Assembly: GCF_035084215.1 (NCBI RefSeq)
Contig: NW_027139559.1
Location: forward strand, 3,038,001-3,102,000
Direction of reading: 5' to 3'
Source of the DNA: Heptranchias perlo
Lineage: Eukaryota
DNA: 64,000 nt
The position numbers and the translations under genes are program-made. A model generated the notes under the pieces. The model saw only the letters and a program-made list of their open reading frames with translations. It was not told the origin of the DNA and did not search any database. This document shows positions 1-12,549 of the stretch, piece after piece. Position 1 is the first letter of the stretch. Every line of letters begins with the position of its first letter.

Positions 1-315
1 ACTCCGGGTCTCAGGTTTCTGAAAGAGGACAGAGCGGCGGGTCGGCTCCGGGACTCCATTGACTGTTTACTGTTAAATAAAAACAGAAAACTCTGCAAAC
101 AAATAGCAGAAATGTTTAGAGTCGCCTCTTCACTCGGCGCTGAAAACCCGCTTCTCGCCACAGTACATTTCAATCAGGAATTCGGGATCTCAATGGCGGG
201 TGCTCGTACCCAGAATACCCGGGAGCTGGAAAACGGCCTATTCATACCAGTGGAACCCAGCTCTCAGGCTCAGTATCAGTTTGTTGCCAGGTGCAATGTT
301 GTAAGGGGGTGCAGA

Positions 316-1168
316 CAGAGATCGAGGACCGGGGATCGATACAAACCACGATGGGGTGGGGCGGGGGTGGGGGGGAGATAGAGTGCGAGGGCCGGGGATC
401 GATACAAACCAAGGGGGTGGAGATTGAGAGCTAGGGCCGGGGATTGATACAAACCACGGTGGTGGAGACAGAGAGCGAGGGTAGGGGATCATTGCACACC
501 CCGGGGGGGTGGAGATAGAGAGCGAGGGCCGGGGATCATTGCACACCCCGGGGGGGGGGGGGGTGGAGATAGAGAGCGAGGGTCAGGGATCAATGCAAAC
601 CCCGAGAGGTGGAGAGAGTGAGCGAGGGTCCGGTATCAATGCAAACCCCGAGAGGTGGAGATAATGAGCGAGGGTCGGGGATCAATGCAAACCCCGAGAG
701 GTGGAGATAGAGAGCGAGGGTCGGGGATCAATGCAAACCCCGAGGGGTGGAGATAGAGAGCGAGGGTCAGGGATCAATGCAAACCCCGAGGGGTGGAGAT
801 AGAGAGCGAGGGTCAGGGATCAATGCAAACCCCGAGAGGTGGAGATAATGAGCGAGGGTCGGGGATCAATGCAAACCCCGAGAGGTGGAGATAATGAGCG
901 AGGGTCGGGGATCAATGCAAACCCCGAGAGGTGGAGATAGAGAGGGAGGGTCGGGGATCAATGCAAACCCCGAGGGGTGGAGATAGAGAGCGAGGATCGG
1001 GGATGAATGCAAACCCCGAGGGCTGGAGATAGAGAGCGAGGGTCGGGGATCAATGCAAACCCCGAGGGGTGGAGATAGAGAGCGAGGGTCGGGGATCAAT
1101 GCAAACACCGAGGGGTGGAGATAGTGAGCGAGGGTCGGGGATCAGTGCAAACCCCGAGGGGTGGAGAC
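316..1168. repeat. 46-bp G-rich minisatellite array
   Basis: Unit GAGGGTCGGGGATCAATGCAAACCCCGAGGGGTGGAGATAGAGAGC recurs with a 46-bp period (e.g. 716, 762); copies are more diverged at the left end. Confidence 0.95.
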
Positions 1169-1290
1169 ACACTCTTCGGAATCACAACTGTGGGTCTGAG
1201 GACCCAGAGCGCTCGGAACCCGTGCGTGTCCAGAGGGCGGCATCTGCGATGATCTCTCCCCAGTGATGGCACCGGCTTACCAGATAACCA

Positions 1291-1348
1291 GCCGCCATAT
1301 TGGAAGAGGATGTTGGGAAGGGTTCAGCGACCAGCACGGCGCATGTGC
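1291..1348. promoter_or_regulatory. YY1 and NRF1-like motifs, possible promoter of the zinc-finger gene unit
   Basis: GCCGCCATATT (1291-1301) matches YY1 GCCGCCATNTT; GCGCATGTGC (1339-1348) is one mismatch from NRF1 GCGCATGCGC; locally CpG-rich. Confidence 0.4.
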
Positions 1349-1361
1349 GGCCCACTTGCTA

Positions 1362-1684
1362 CAGGAACAAAGAGTGGGCGCGGATTCAGGGTCTCAGTGA
1401 CCAGGAGTAAAGTTTGGGCGAGGCTTCCGGATTTCAGTGATCAGAAGCAAAGCGTGGTCGGGGCTTAAGAGTCCTAGAAAACAGGAACGAAGAGTTGGGA
1501 GGCTTCAGTGTCCCACTAACCAGGAACAAAGCCTGGTCGTGGCTTCAGGATCCCAGTGGCCAGGAGCAAAGAGTGGGTGAGGCTTTAGGGTCCCAGTGAC
1601 CAGGAACAAATTATGGGCTGGGGTTCCGGGTCCCAGTGAGAAGCAATAAAGCCTGGTCGGGGCTTCATGGTTCCAGTGACCGGG
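1362..1684. repeat. 40-bp minisatellite, left diverged part
   Basis: Diverged copies of GGGCTTCAGGGTCCCAGTGACCAGGAACAAA...; same family as 3015-4367. Confidence 0.85.
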
Positions 1685-3011
1685 AAGGTGAAGTGAGAGT
1701 GACTGCCCTTGACATTAAGGCAGCATTTGACTGAATGTGGCACAAAGGAACCCGAGTAAAATTGAAATCAATAGGAATCGGGGGAGAACTCTCCAGTGAT
1801 TGGAGTCATACCTAGCACAAATGGAGATAGTGGTGGTTGTTGGAGCCCAATCATCTCAGCCCCAGGACATGGCTGCAGGAGTTCCTGAAAGCAGTATCCT
1901 AGGCCCAACCATCTTTAGCATTTTTTTATTCGTTCATGAGATGTGGGCGTCACTGGCAAGGCCAGCATTTATTGCCCATCCCCAATTGCCTTGAGAAGGG
2001 GGTGGTGATCCGCCTTCGTCAACTGCTGCAGTCCATGTGCTGAAGGTTCTCCCACAGTTGCTTCATCAATGACCTTCCCTGCATCATACGGTCAGAAATG
2101 TGGATGGTCGCTGATGATTGCACAATGTTCAGTTCCTTTTGCAGCCCCTGACATAATGAAGCAGACCGTGTCCGCATGCAGCAAGAACTGGACAACATCC
2201 AGACTTGGGCTCATAAGTGGCAAGAAACATTCGCGCTAGACAAGTGCCAGGCAATGACCATCTCCAACAAGAGAGAGTCTAACCACCTCCCCTTGACATT
2301 CAACAGCATTACCATCACCGAATCCCCTACCATCAGCATACTAGGGTTATCATTCAACAGAAACTTAACTGGACCAGCCATATAAATACTGTGGCTACAA
2401 GAGCAGGTCAGAGGCTGGGTATTCTGCGGCAAGTGACTCACCTCCTGACTCCCCAAAGCCTTTCCACCATCTACAAGGCACATGTCAGGAGTGTGATGGA
2501 ATACTCTCCACTTGCCTGGATGAGTGCAGCTCCAACAACACTCAAGAAGCTCAACACCATCCAGGACAAAGCAGCCCGCTTGATTGGCACCCATCCACCA
2601 CCCGAAATATTCACTCCCTTCACCATCAGCGCAACGTGGCTGCAGTGTGTCCCAAACACAGGATGCACTGCAGCAACTCGACAAGGCTTCTTCGACAGCA
2701 CCTCCCAAACCCACGACCTCTACCACCTAGAAGGACGAGGGCATAAGGCACATGGGAACAACACCACCTGCACGTTCCTCTCCAAGTCACACACCCTCCC
2801 GACTTGGAAATATCTCGCCGTTCCTTCAACGTCGCGGGGTCAAAATCCTGGAACTCCATTCCTAACAGCACAGTGGGAGAACCGTCACCACACGGACTGC
2901 AGCAGTTCAACAAGGCGGCTCACCACCACCTTCTCAAGGGCAATTAGGGATGGGAAATAAATGCTCGTCTTGCCAGTGACGCCCACATCCCATGAACGAA
3001 TAAAAATAAAA
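1685..3011 (+). mobile_element. 5'-truncated non-LTR retrotransposon (CR1/L2-like RT plus 3' tail), degenerate
   Basis: RT-like peptides GVPESSILGPTIF, MQQELDNIQTWAHKWQ and IYKAHVRSVMEYS; ends ...CCCATGAACGAATAAAAATAAAA. Confidence 0.85.
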
Positions 3012-3014
3012 CTA

Positions 3015-4367
3015 AGAGTATGCGAGGCTTCAGCGCCCCAGTGACCAGGAACAAATAGTGGGCGGGGATTTCGGCTGCCAGTGAAACGCAACAAATAGTG
3101 GGCGAGGCTTCAGGGCCCCAGCGACCAGGAACAAAGTACGGGCGGTGTTTCAGGGCCCCAGTGACCAGGAACAAAGAGAAGTATGGCCTTCAGTGTCCCA
3201 GTGACCATGAACAAAGTATGGGCGGGGTTTCAGGGTCCCAGTGACCAGGAACACAGAATGGGCGGGGCTTCAGGGTCCCAGTGAGCAGAAACAAATAGTG
3301 TGCGGGGCTTCAGGGTTCCAGTGGCTAGGAACAAATAGTGGGCAGTTTTTCAGCGTCCCAGTGACCAGCAGCAAATAGTGGGCAGGGTTTCAGTGTCCCA
3401 GTGACCAGGAACACATAGTGGCAGGGTTTCAGGGTTCCAGTGACCAGGAACAAATAGTGGGCAGGGTTTCTGTGTCGCAGTGAACAGGAACAAATATTAG
3501 GCAGGGTTTCAGGGTCCCAGTGACCAGGAGCAAATAGTGGGCAGGGATTCACTGTCCCAGTGACCAGGAACGCATATTAGGCAGGGCTTCATGGTCCCAG
3601 TGACAGTGAACAAATTGTGGACAGAGTTTCAGTGTCCCAGTGAGCAGGAACAAATAGTAGGCAGGGTTTCAGGGTCCCAGTGACCTGGCGCAAATAGTGT
3701 GCATGGTTTCAGTGTCCCAGTGACGAGGAATAAATAGTGGCAGGGTTTCAGGGTTCCAGTGACTGGGAACAAATAGTGGGCAGGACTTCAATGTCCCAGT
3801 GACCAGGAACAAATAGTGGGAGGGTTTCAGGGTTCCAGTGACCAGGAACAAATAGTGGGCAGGGTTTCACTGTCCCAGTGACCAGGAACAAATAGTAGGC
3901 AGGGTTTCAGGGTCCCAGTGACTAGGAACAAATAGTGGGCAGGGTTTCGGAGTCCCAGTGACCAGGGACAAATCGTGAGCAGGGTGTCAGAGTCCCAGTG
4001 ACCAGGAACAAATATTAGGCAGGGTTTCAGGGCCCCAGTGACGAGGAACAAATAGTAGGCAGGGTTTCAGAGTCCCAGTGACCAGGAACAAATAGTAGGC
4101 AGGGTTTCAGTGTCCCAGTGACCAGGAACAAATAGTAGGCAGGGTTTCAGGGTCCCAGTGACTCGGAACAAATAGTGGGCAGGGTTTCAGAGTCCCAGGA
4201 ACCAGGAACAAATAGTAGGCAGGGCTTCAGGGTCCCAGTGACCAGGAACAAATAGTAAGTAGGGGTTTCCGAGTTCCAGTGACCTGGAATAAATATTAGG
4301 CAGGGCATAAGGGTCCCAGTAACCAGGAACAAAGAGTGGGCGTGACTTCTGCTTCCCATTAACCTGG
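3015..4367. repeat. 40-bp minisatellite array, roughly 33 copies
   Basis: Unit AGGGTTTCAGGGTCCCAGTGACCAGGAACAAATAGTGGGC with an exact 40-bp period around 3901-4260. Confidence 0.97.
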
Positions 4368-4759
4368 AGAGAAAATCAGTCACACATTTATTGTATTCTC
4401 ACTCTGCACACAGTGGGTGTAGAACTGAACCCAACCAGAGTAGAGCGAGGGACAGAACTGGGAGTGGAGGAGAGGAATGTTGGAGATGGTGCGATAGGTT
4501 TGGATTTCAGCACAGGGAGGAGGGAGAGTGTGTGGGACGGGGATTTACAGCTTTGGGGGAACAAGAGAGGAAACATGTTCCATAGAAACTAGAATTCTGT
4601 GTTCTGAATTCCTATCCTGTATTTACAGTGATGACAGGGTATTAGAAGGGGAGGATTTGCAGACGGGAAAATTAAACCAAACATCACATCAAGCTCTGAC
4701 AGAGTCACCCGATTCATCAGGACCTGAATATCACCGGCCTTTGAATGTGGAAGAACAAA

Positions 4760-5250
4760 TGTTTCTCTGTTCTGTCTGTGTGAAAATGTTTCAAACATCA
4801 GTGTGACTAGAAAAGCACGGAGACAAAAACCCGAGTGAGAGTGTTCCAGTGCACTGACTGTGGGAAGAGCTTCAACCAGTTACAGAGCCTGAAAAAACAT
4901 CACACCATTCACAGCGGGGAGAAGCCGTACACGTGTTCTGTGTGTGGACGAGGCTTCAACCGATTGTCCGACCTGTAGAGTTACAGGTACAGCCGGACCA
5001 CGGAGAAGCCGTGGAAATGTGGGGTCTGCGGGAATGGATTCAATTAACCATTTGAGCTGGAAACTCATCATCAACGCAGTCACACTGGGGGGAGGCTGTT
5101 TACCTGCTCCGTGTATGAGAAGAGATTCACTCAGTCATCCCACCTAGTGAAACACAAGAGAGCTAAAACTGGAGAGAGGCCGTTCACCTGCTCCGTGTGT
5201 GGGAAGAAATTCACTCATTCATCACACGTCTCTGCACAGCCAGTTGACAT
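4760..5250 (+). pseudogene. C2H2 zinc-finger array remnant with stops and frameshifts
   Basis: [44 protein letters not shown], plus EKPWKCG and [15 protein letters not shown] fingers in shifting frames. Confidence 0.88.
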
Positions 5251-5879
5251 GTGACTGCAGGGGTTGGATTCTGCTTTTATTGTTGCTGTCAATCACATTC
5301 AAGATTGAATCATGTGCATTCTGGCAGTTGGGCTATGGATCTGCTGATGTTAAGAACCCCAATAACTGGGCTAGAGTTTAATATTATGATATCGGTCAAA
5401 TAAATCAGCTTTGCGTCAAACACACAGTGTGTGGAGTCCTTAATCTCTCCGGGATAAGAGGAGAATATTTGATGTCCTGATACTCATTTCCTGATATTGA
5501 GAAGAGCAATAGTTCCAACACCACTCTCTGTTTTCTGGCCTTTACCCAACTTCCTATCCATGTTGTTATGATCTGGAATTCGCTGCCTGAAAGGTGGTGG
5601 AAGAAGATTCAATAGTTACTTTCAATATGGAATTGGATAAGATGGATTTGCAGGGTTATGGGCTAAGTGGAGGAGACTGGGGCTAATTGGATCGCTCTTT
5701 CAATGAGCCAGCACAGACACGATGGGCTGAATGTCCTCCTTCGATGCTGCAACATTTATTTGATTCTTTCTATGATTCTATGATTCTCCCTGCGTCTTTT
5801 CTCCTCATGCCTCTGCGTAATATCATGGCACTTTTCTCTCGAGTGCTCAAGTTCGAGCTTTGTGTTGCTGGTGTCACTG

Positions 5880-8800
5880 CGGGGCATGCGGGAGGCTTAG
5901 AATTTCCTGGATCGCACGTTTCCCGAGGTGGTCACCCCACAGCTACAGAGAGTTCAGGAGGATAGTAAGTGGGTGGCCATCCGACAGCGTAGGAAGAGGC
6001 AGGCAGTTCAGGAATCCTCCTGGAGTGTGGCGCTCACGGACCGGTTTCAGTGCTGAATACCAGTGATGGTGACGCGAACTAGGGGAATCCAATCTCGAGC
6101 ACATCCACGGCACCGTGGGGCAAAGGACTACACAGTGGTGTGGGGGGGGGGGCACAGCCATGTATAGAAATGCACACAAATGATAAGTGATTGATAGTCA
6201 ATGGGATTGTCAGGCGTTTCTGCAACCGCCGACATGAGTCCTGCAGAGTGCTGTCTCCCCGGTCCCAGGGTAATGGACGTCAGGGAGAGGTTGCAGAAGA
6301 TTATGCGTCGGGGAAGGGGAACAGCCAGAAGTCGTGGTCCATGTTGCAATCAATGATATGGGAAGGAAAGGGGTTGAGTTCCTGCACACAGAGTTTCAGG
6401 AGCTAGGGAGGAAGTTAAAGAGCGGGACCTCATGTGTGATAATCCCTGGTTTACTCCCAATGCCACGTGCTAATGGGTATCGGACCAATGTCATCGTGAA
6501 GTGTTTAACTGGTGCTGTGGGTGAGGATTTAAACTAAATTGGCAGGAGGAGGGGCACAAGGATAAAGAATTAGAGAGGAGAAACAAGGTGCATAGAGGAC
6601 TGGGAAAGTCAAACAGCATTAGCATAAAGAGTAGTTCAGAAATAGGAGGGAGCATACAGGGGGCAACGTGAGGCAGACTAAGATGAGTTTTGAGTGCATG
6701 TGCGTAAATGCACGGAGCGTGGTAAATTCAGTTCGTAAGCTGCAGTCGCAAATTACCACGTGGGATTATGAAATAGTTGCAATTTGGAGGCCTGGCTCAT
6801 ACATATCAACTTATTATTTCTGGCTACAAGGTATTCAGGACAGGTAGGGAAGGAAGACTAGGAGAGAGGGTGAGGGGGCAGGGTTGATCAGTGATATTGT
6901 TACAGAACTGGAAAGGGGTGATATAGCAGAGGGTTCAAAGACAGAAACTATTTGGTTAGTATTGAGGAAAAAAGAGAAGATATTTCGATCCTGGGTGTCT
7001 ACTGTCGGCCAAAAAATAGTGGGAAGGAGATAGAGGAACAAATCTGCAGGCAAGTTGCAGAAAGGTGCAAGAAATATAGAGTAGTGACAATGGGGGACTT
7101 CAATTATCTTAGTTTCGTCTGCGAAAGTAACAGTGTAAAGGGAAAAGAAAGGGATGAATTTCTGAAATGTGTACAAGAGAACTTTTTGACCAGTATGTTT
7201 CCAATCCAATGATGAAGGAAGCAGTGCTGGATCTAGTACTGGGGAAGGAATTGGCGCAAATGGACCATGTTTCAGTGGGGGAGGATTTGGGAAACAGTGT
7301 TCATAATATCAAGAGGTACTTATGAAAAATGACAACGAACATGAAATGTGAAAATACTCAACTGGAGGTGGGCTCATTTCAGCGAGTTGAAAGGGGACGA
7401 GACACGTTCCCATTAGGGGGAATGGGGAAGCATCAAAAGCTAGAAACAGATGATTAAGGATATAGCGACTAAAAAGAAACATCAATAGGAGGCTGATGAT
7501 AAATGTTAGGCTCATAATACAGTGGAGAATCAAGCTGAATACAGGAAGTACAGAGAAGAACTGGAAAAGGAAATAAGACGGGCAAAGAATATGTATGAGA
7601 ATAGATTACCGGGTAACATAAAGTGGAACCCAAAAGTCTATTCTAAACATGTAAAATAAAAGGATAGTCAAAGGAAGGGTGGGGCCGATTAGGGAAAACG
7701 AGATCTTCTTGTGGAGTCCGAAGGCATGGCTGAAGTACTAAATGAGGAATTTGCATCTGTCCTCACCAAAGAAGAGGATGCTGCCAATGTTACAGTGCAG
7801 GCGGAGGTAGTAGAGCAATTTGAAAGGATAAAAATAGATAATGAGGAGGTACTTAAGAGGTTGGCAGCGCTCAAAGTAGAAAAGTTACCCGGTCCAGAGG
7901 GGATGCATCCTAATTTGTTGAGGGAAGTAAGGGTGAAAATTGCGGAGGCTCTGGCCACAATCTTCCAATCTTCCTTAGATATGGAGGCGGTGCGGGAGGA
8001 CTGGGGGATTACAAATGTTACACCCCTGTTCAAAAAATGGAAGAGGGATAAACCTGACAACTACAGACCAGTCAGTATAACTTCGGTAGTGGGGAAAGAT
8101 TCAGAGAGAATAATTGGAGACAAATTTAATTTTCATTTGGAAAAAGCATGGGCGAATAAATGACAGCCAGCATGGATTAGTTAATAGAAAATTGTGTTGT
8201 ACTAAATTGATGAAGTTCTTTGCTGAAGTAATGGAGAGGGTTGAGGAAGGTCGTACAGTTAATGTTGTGTATATGAACGTTCAAAAGGCATTTGATAAAG
8301 TGCCACGACATAGACCTTTTGCAAAATTAAATCCATTGGATTAAACGGGCAGTGGCAGCTTGAATAAGAAATTGGCTAAGGGACAGAAAGCAAAGAGTAG
8401 TGGTGAAATATTGTTTTTCAGACTGCAGCGAAATATATAGTGGTGTTCCCCAGGGGTCGGTAATATGACCACTGCAGTTTTTGATATATATTGATGACCT
8501 GCACTTGGGTATAGAGGGTATAATTTCAAAGTTTGCAGATGACACAAAACTCGGAAATGTAATAAACAGTGAGGAGGATAGTAACAGATTTCAGGAGGAC
8601 ATAGATAAACGGGTCAAATGGGCAGACACATGGCAGATGAAATCTAACGCGGAGAAATGTGAGGGGGTGTAGTTTGGTAGGAAGAATGAGAATAGGTAAT
8701 ATATATATATATATATATATATTCGTTCATGGGATGTGGGCATCGCTGACAAGGCCAGCATTATTGCCCATCCCTAATTGCCCTTGAGAAGGTGTTTGTG

Positions 8801-9045
8801 AGCCGCCTTCTTGAACCGCTGCAGTCCGTGTGGTGAAGGTTCTCCCACAGTGCTGTTTGGAAGGGAGTTCAAGGATTTTGACCCAGCGACGATAAAGGAA
8901 CTGCGATATATTTCCAAGTCCGGATGGTGTATGACTTGATACAAATGGTTCACTTTTAAAGGTTGTGCAGGAACAGAGAGACCTGGGGTGCACGTACACA
9001 AATCTTTGAAGGTGACAGGGCAAGTTGAGAAGGATGCGCAGTAAA
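5880..9045 (+). mobile_element. CR1 LINE, degenerate: ORF1 esterase remnant, endonuclease and RT
   Basis: VVVHVAINDMGR (SGNH-like), GVYCRP...MGDFNY (APE), NYRPVSITSVVGK and KFADD (RT); interrupted at about 8700-8938 by an antisense LINE 3' end with (TA)n. Confidence 0.88.
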
Positions 9046-11897
9046 AGGGTCTCCACACCTGCCATATTCCCATTCCTGCTCCCTAATGTAAAGCAGTCAG
9101 ATAACTATGTGGCCCTAGATTCTTCGAAACATTCCAAACTCATATTATTAGAGACATACACGTCTTCCAGTTGCGTTAGTATGTTTAGTTCTTCAATGAA
9201 TCGTGTGTCGAAGTGCACACTCCTGGCGAGACACCTGAGAGCTGCGTTTTGATAACCCGACGCCGACCCGGAAGCAGGTTCCGATCTCTGAAGGGAAATG
9301 ATGAACCAATTGGATCTTTGTGACAATCCGGCAATTTTTTTTTGCATATTCTTTTCCAAGATTATTATATTTAGCTTTCCAACTCGCAATGATATAATTG
9401 GACCTCACTGCCTCTGATTTCTAGTTCCCGATATTAATAAAGTACACAACACGGATTTACTTACAATACAGTAGTAGGACAGGCCTGAATATCCTCAATT
9501 TAAAACATGAATTAACTTATTTCAAAGATAGTCTGACTTCGTAATATGAGGTCCTGATATCACTGTAATAGTATATTGTTAACGTGTGCATTTTTAACTT
9601 TCAGTTAACACCCTGCTGCATTTCCTATGCCCTATGCAAGGGTATTCGATATTTAGGCAGGACAGGCAAAAAGGAAAAGGAGGTGGGGTGGCGTTGTTAG
9701 TAAAGGATGAAAACAGAACAATAGTGAGAAAGGATATTGGCTCAGAAAATCAAGATGTAGAATCAGTTTGGGTGAAGTTAAGAAGCACCAAGAGGCAGAA
9801 AACACTGGTCGGGTTGTCTATAGGCCTTCAAACAATAGTGGTAATATAAAGGATGGGAACAAACAGGAAATTAGAGATGCGTGTAACAAAGCTACTACAG
9901 TAATCATGGATGACATTAAGCTGCATACAGACTGGCCAAACCAAATTAGCAATAATATTGTGGAGGATGAATTCCTGGAGTATGTACGAGATTTTTGTTT
10001 TAGACAAGGACACTAAGGAGCCAACAAGGGAACAGGCCATCCTAGATTGGGTATTGTGCAATGAGAAGGGGTTAATTAATAATCTTGTTGTGCAGGGTCC
10101 TTTAGGCAAGAGTGACATAACTTGATAGGATTCTTCATTAAGACGGAAAGTGAAGTAGTCCAATCCGAAATTAGGGTCCTAAATCTAAACAAAGGAAACA
10201 ACGAAGGTATGAGGAGTGAGTTGGCTATGATAGATTGGGAAGCTTCATTAAAAGGCATGACAGTTGATAGACAATGGCTAACATTTAAGGAACAAATGCA
10301 TGCATTGCAATAATTATACATTCCGTTCTGGCACAAAAACACAAAAGGAAATGCGGCCCAATCATGGATAACAAAAGAAATTAAGGATAGTATTGTAGCC
10401 AAAGAGGATATAAAGTTGCCAGAAAAAGTAGCAAGACTGAGGATTGGGAGCAGTTTAGCATTCAGCAAAAAAGGACCAAAAGATTGATTGAGGGGAGAAA
10501 TAGAGTATGAGAGTAAACTTGCAAGGAACATAAAAGTGGACTGTAAAAGCTTCTACAAGTATGTAAAAAGGAAAAGATTAGTGAAGACAAATGTAGGTCC
10601 CTTGCAGTCAGAAACGGGAGAATTTATGATTGGGAACAAGGGAATTGGAGAGCAATTAAACAAATACTTTAGTTCTGTCTTGACGGAAGAGGACACAAAT
10701 AACTTCCCAGAAATGCTAGTGAACCAAGAGACGAGTGAGAAGGAGGAATTGAATGAAATTAGTATTAGTGAAAAAAATAGTGCTGGAGAAATTAATGGTA
10801 CTTAAAGCCGATAAATCCCCAGGTCCTGATAATCTACATCCCAGAGTACTAAAAGAGGTAGCCATGGTAAGAGTGGATGCATTAGTTGTCACCTTCCAAC
10901 ACTCTATACAGTGTGGAACAGCTCCTGCAGAATGGAGGGTGGCAAATGTAATCCCATTATTTAAAAATGGAGGGAGAGAGAAAATAGGGAACGACAGACC
11001 GGTTAGCCTAGCATCAATAGTAGGTAAAATGCGAGAGTCTGATATAAAGGTTGCGATAACAGGACACTTCGATACTATCAACGGAATTAGGCAAAGTCAA
11101 CATGGATTAATGAAAGGGAAATCATGTTTGACAAAGCTACTGGAGTTTTTTGAGAATGTAACTGGTAGAATAGATAAGGGAGAACCAGTGGACGTGGGTT
11201 ATTTGGATATTCAGAAGGCTTTTGACAAAGTCCCATGTGGAAAACTCAAAGCACATGGGATTGGTGGTAATATACTGGCATGGATTGAAAATTAGTCAAC
11301 ATTCAGGGAACAGAGAGTAGGAAAAAATGTTTTTTTTTCTTGGTGACAGGCAGTGACTAGTGGGGCACAGCAGGGATCAGTGCTTGGGCCTCAGCTATTC
11401 ACAATATATATATATCAATGATCTGCATGAGGGAACCAAATGCAATATTTCCAAGTTTGTGACGACACGAAACTATGTGGGATCGTGAGTTGTGAGGAGG
11501 ATGCAAAGAGGTTTCAAGGTGATTTAGACAAGTTGAGTGAGTGGCCAAATACATGGCAGATGCAGAATAATATGGATAAATGTAAAGTTATCCACTTCAG
11601 AAGGAAAAACAGAAAGGCAGAGTATTATTTAAATGGTGACAGATTGAGAAATGTTGATGTACAAAGGGACCTGGGTGTTCTTGTACACCAGTCTCTGAAA
11701 GCAAACATGCAGATGCGGCAAGCAGTTAGGAAGGCAAATGGTATGTTGGCCTTAATTGGAATGAGGATTTGAGTACAGGAGTAAGGATGTCTTACTGTAG
11801 TGATACAGGATGTGGAGATGCCGGTGATGGACTGGGGTGGACAAATTTCAGCAATCTTACAACACCAGGTTATAGTCCAACAGTTTTATTTAATTAA

Positions 11898-11934
11898 TCA
11901 CAAGCTTTCGGAGCTTACCTCCTTCGTCAGGTGA
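11898..11934 (-). ncRNA. Second copy of the minimal hammerhead ribozyme in the inverted arm
   Basis: Exact reverse complement of 12513-12549. Confidence 0.8.
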
Positions 11935-12512
11935 GTCGTTGGTGTTCAGACAGGTTAGCCACGGAAAACATTACATCCCAGTATACTGAATACCCAATAG
12001 GTCAGATTACACAGACAAAGAGAGAAAGAGACCCGGAAGGCAGAGAGAGAGAAAGAGAGAATTTACAGTTGTATTAAAAACAGATAACTTTTTTTCCCCG
12101 CTGGTCGGGGAACACTTCAGCAGTCAAGAACATTCAGCCACCGATCTTCGGGTAAGCGTTCTCCACGGCGGCCTTCGAGACACACGACAACGCAAAATCG
12201 TCGAGCAGAAATTGATAGCCAAGTTCTGCACCCATGAGGACGGCCTCAACCTGGATCTTGGGTTCATGTCACGCTACACATAACCCCACCAGCGGGAAAA
12301 AAAGTTATCTGTTTTTAATACAACTGGACATTCTCTCTCTCTCTGCCTTTCGGGTCTCTTTCTCTCTTTGTCTGTGTAAACTGACCCATTGTGTATTCAG
12401 TATACTGGGATGTAATGTTTTCCGTGGCTAACCTGTCTGAACACCAACGACACCTTTGATTGCTGTGACCGTCTCCCAGCCTAATATATGCTATGCGATT
12501 TTAGAACCTCAC

Positions 12513-12549
12513 TCACCTGACGAAGGAGGTAAGCTCCGAAAGCTTGTGA
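12513..12549 (+). ncRNA. Minimal type I hammerhead ribozyme motif in the Penelope pLTR
   Basis: TCAC-CTGACGA-A-GGAG(gtaag)CTCC-GAAA-GCTT-GTGA: intact CUGANGA and GAAA core, stem II, stem I TCAC/GTGA, palindromic AAGCTT helix III. Confidence 0.8.

Noticed and set aside
3015-4367. CRISPR-like array and the many ORFs across it
   Set aside because: Head-to-tail 40-bp units with no unique spacers in vertebrate DNA; the ORFs are repeat translations
9105-9290. Possible minus-strand terminal exon after TTTCCCTTCAG
   Set aside because: No recognisable protein motif in any frame
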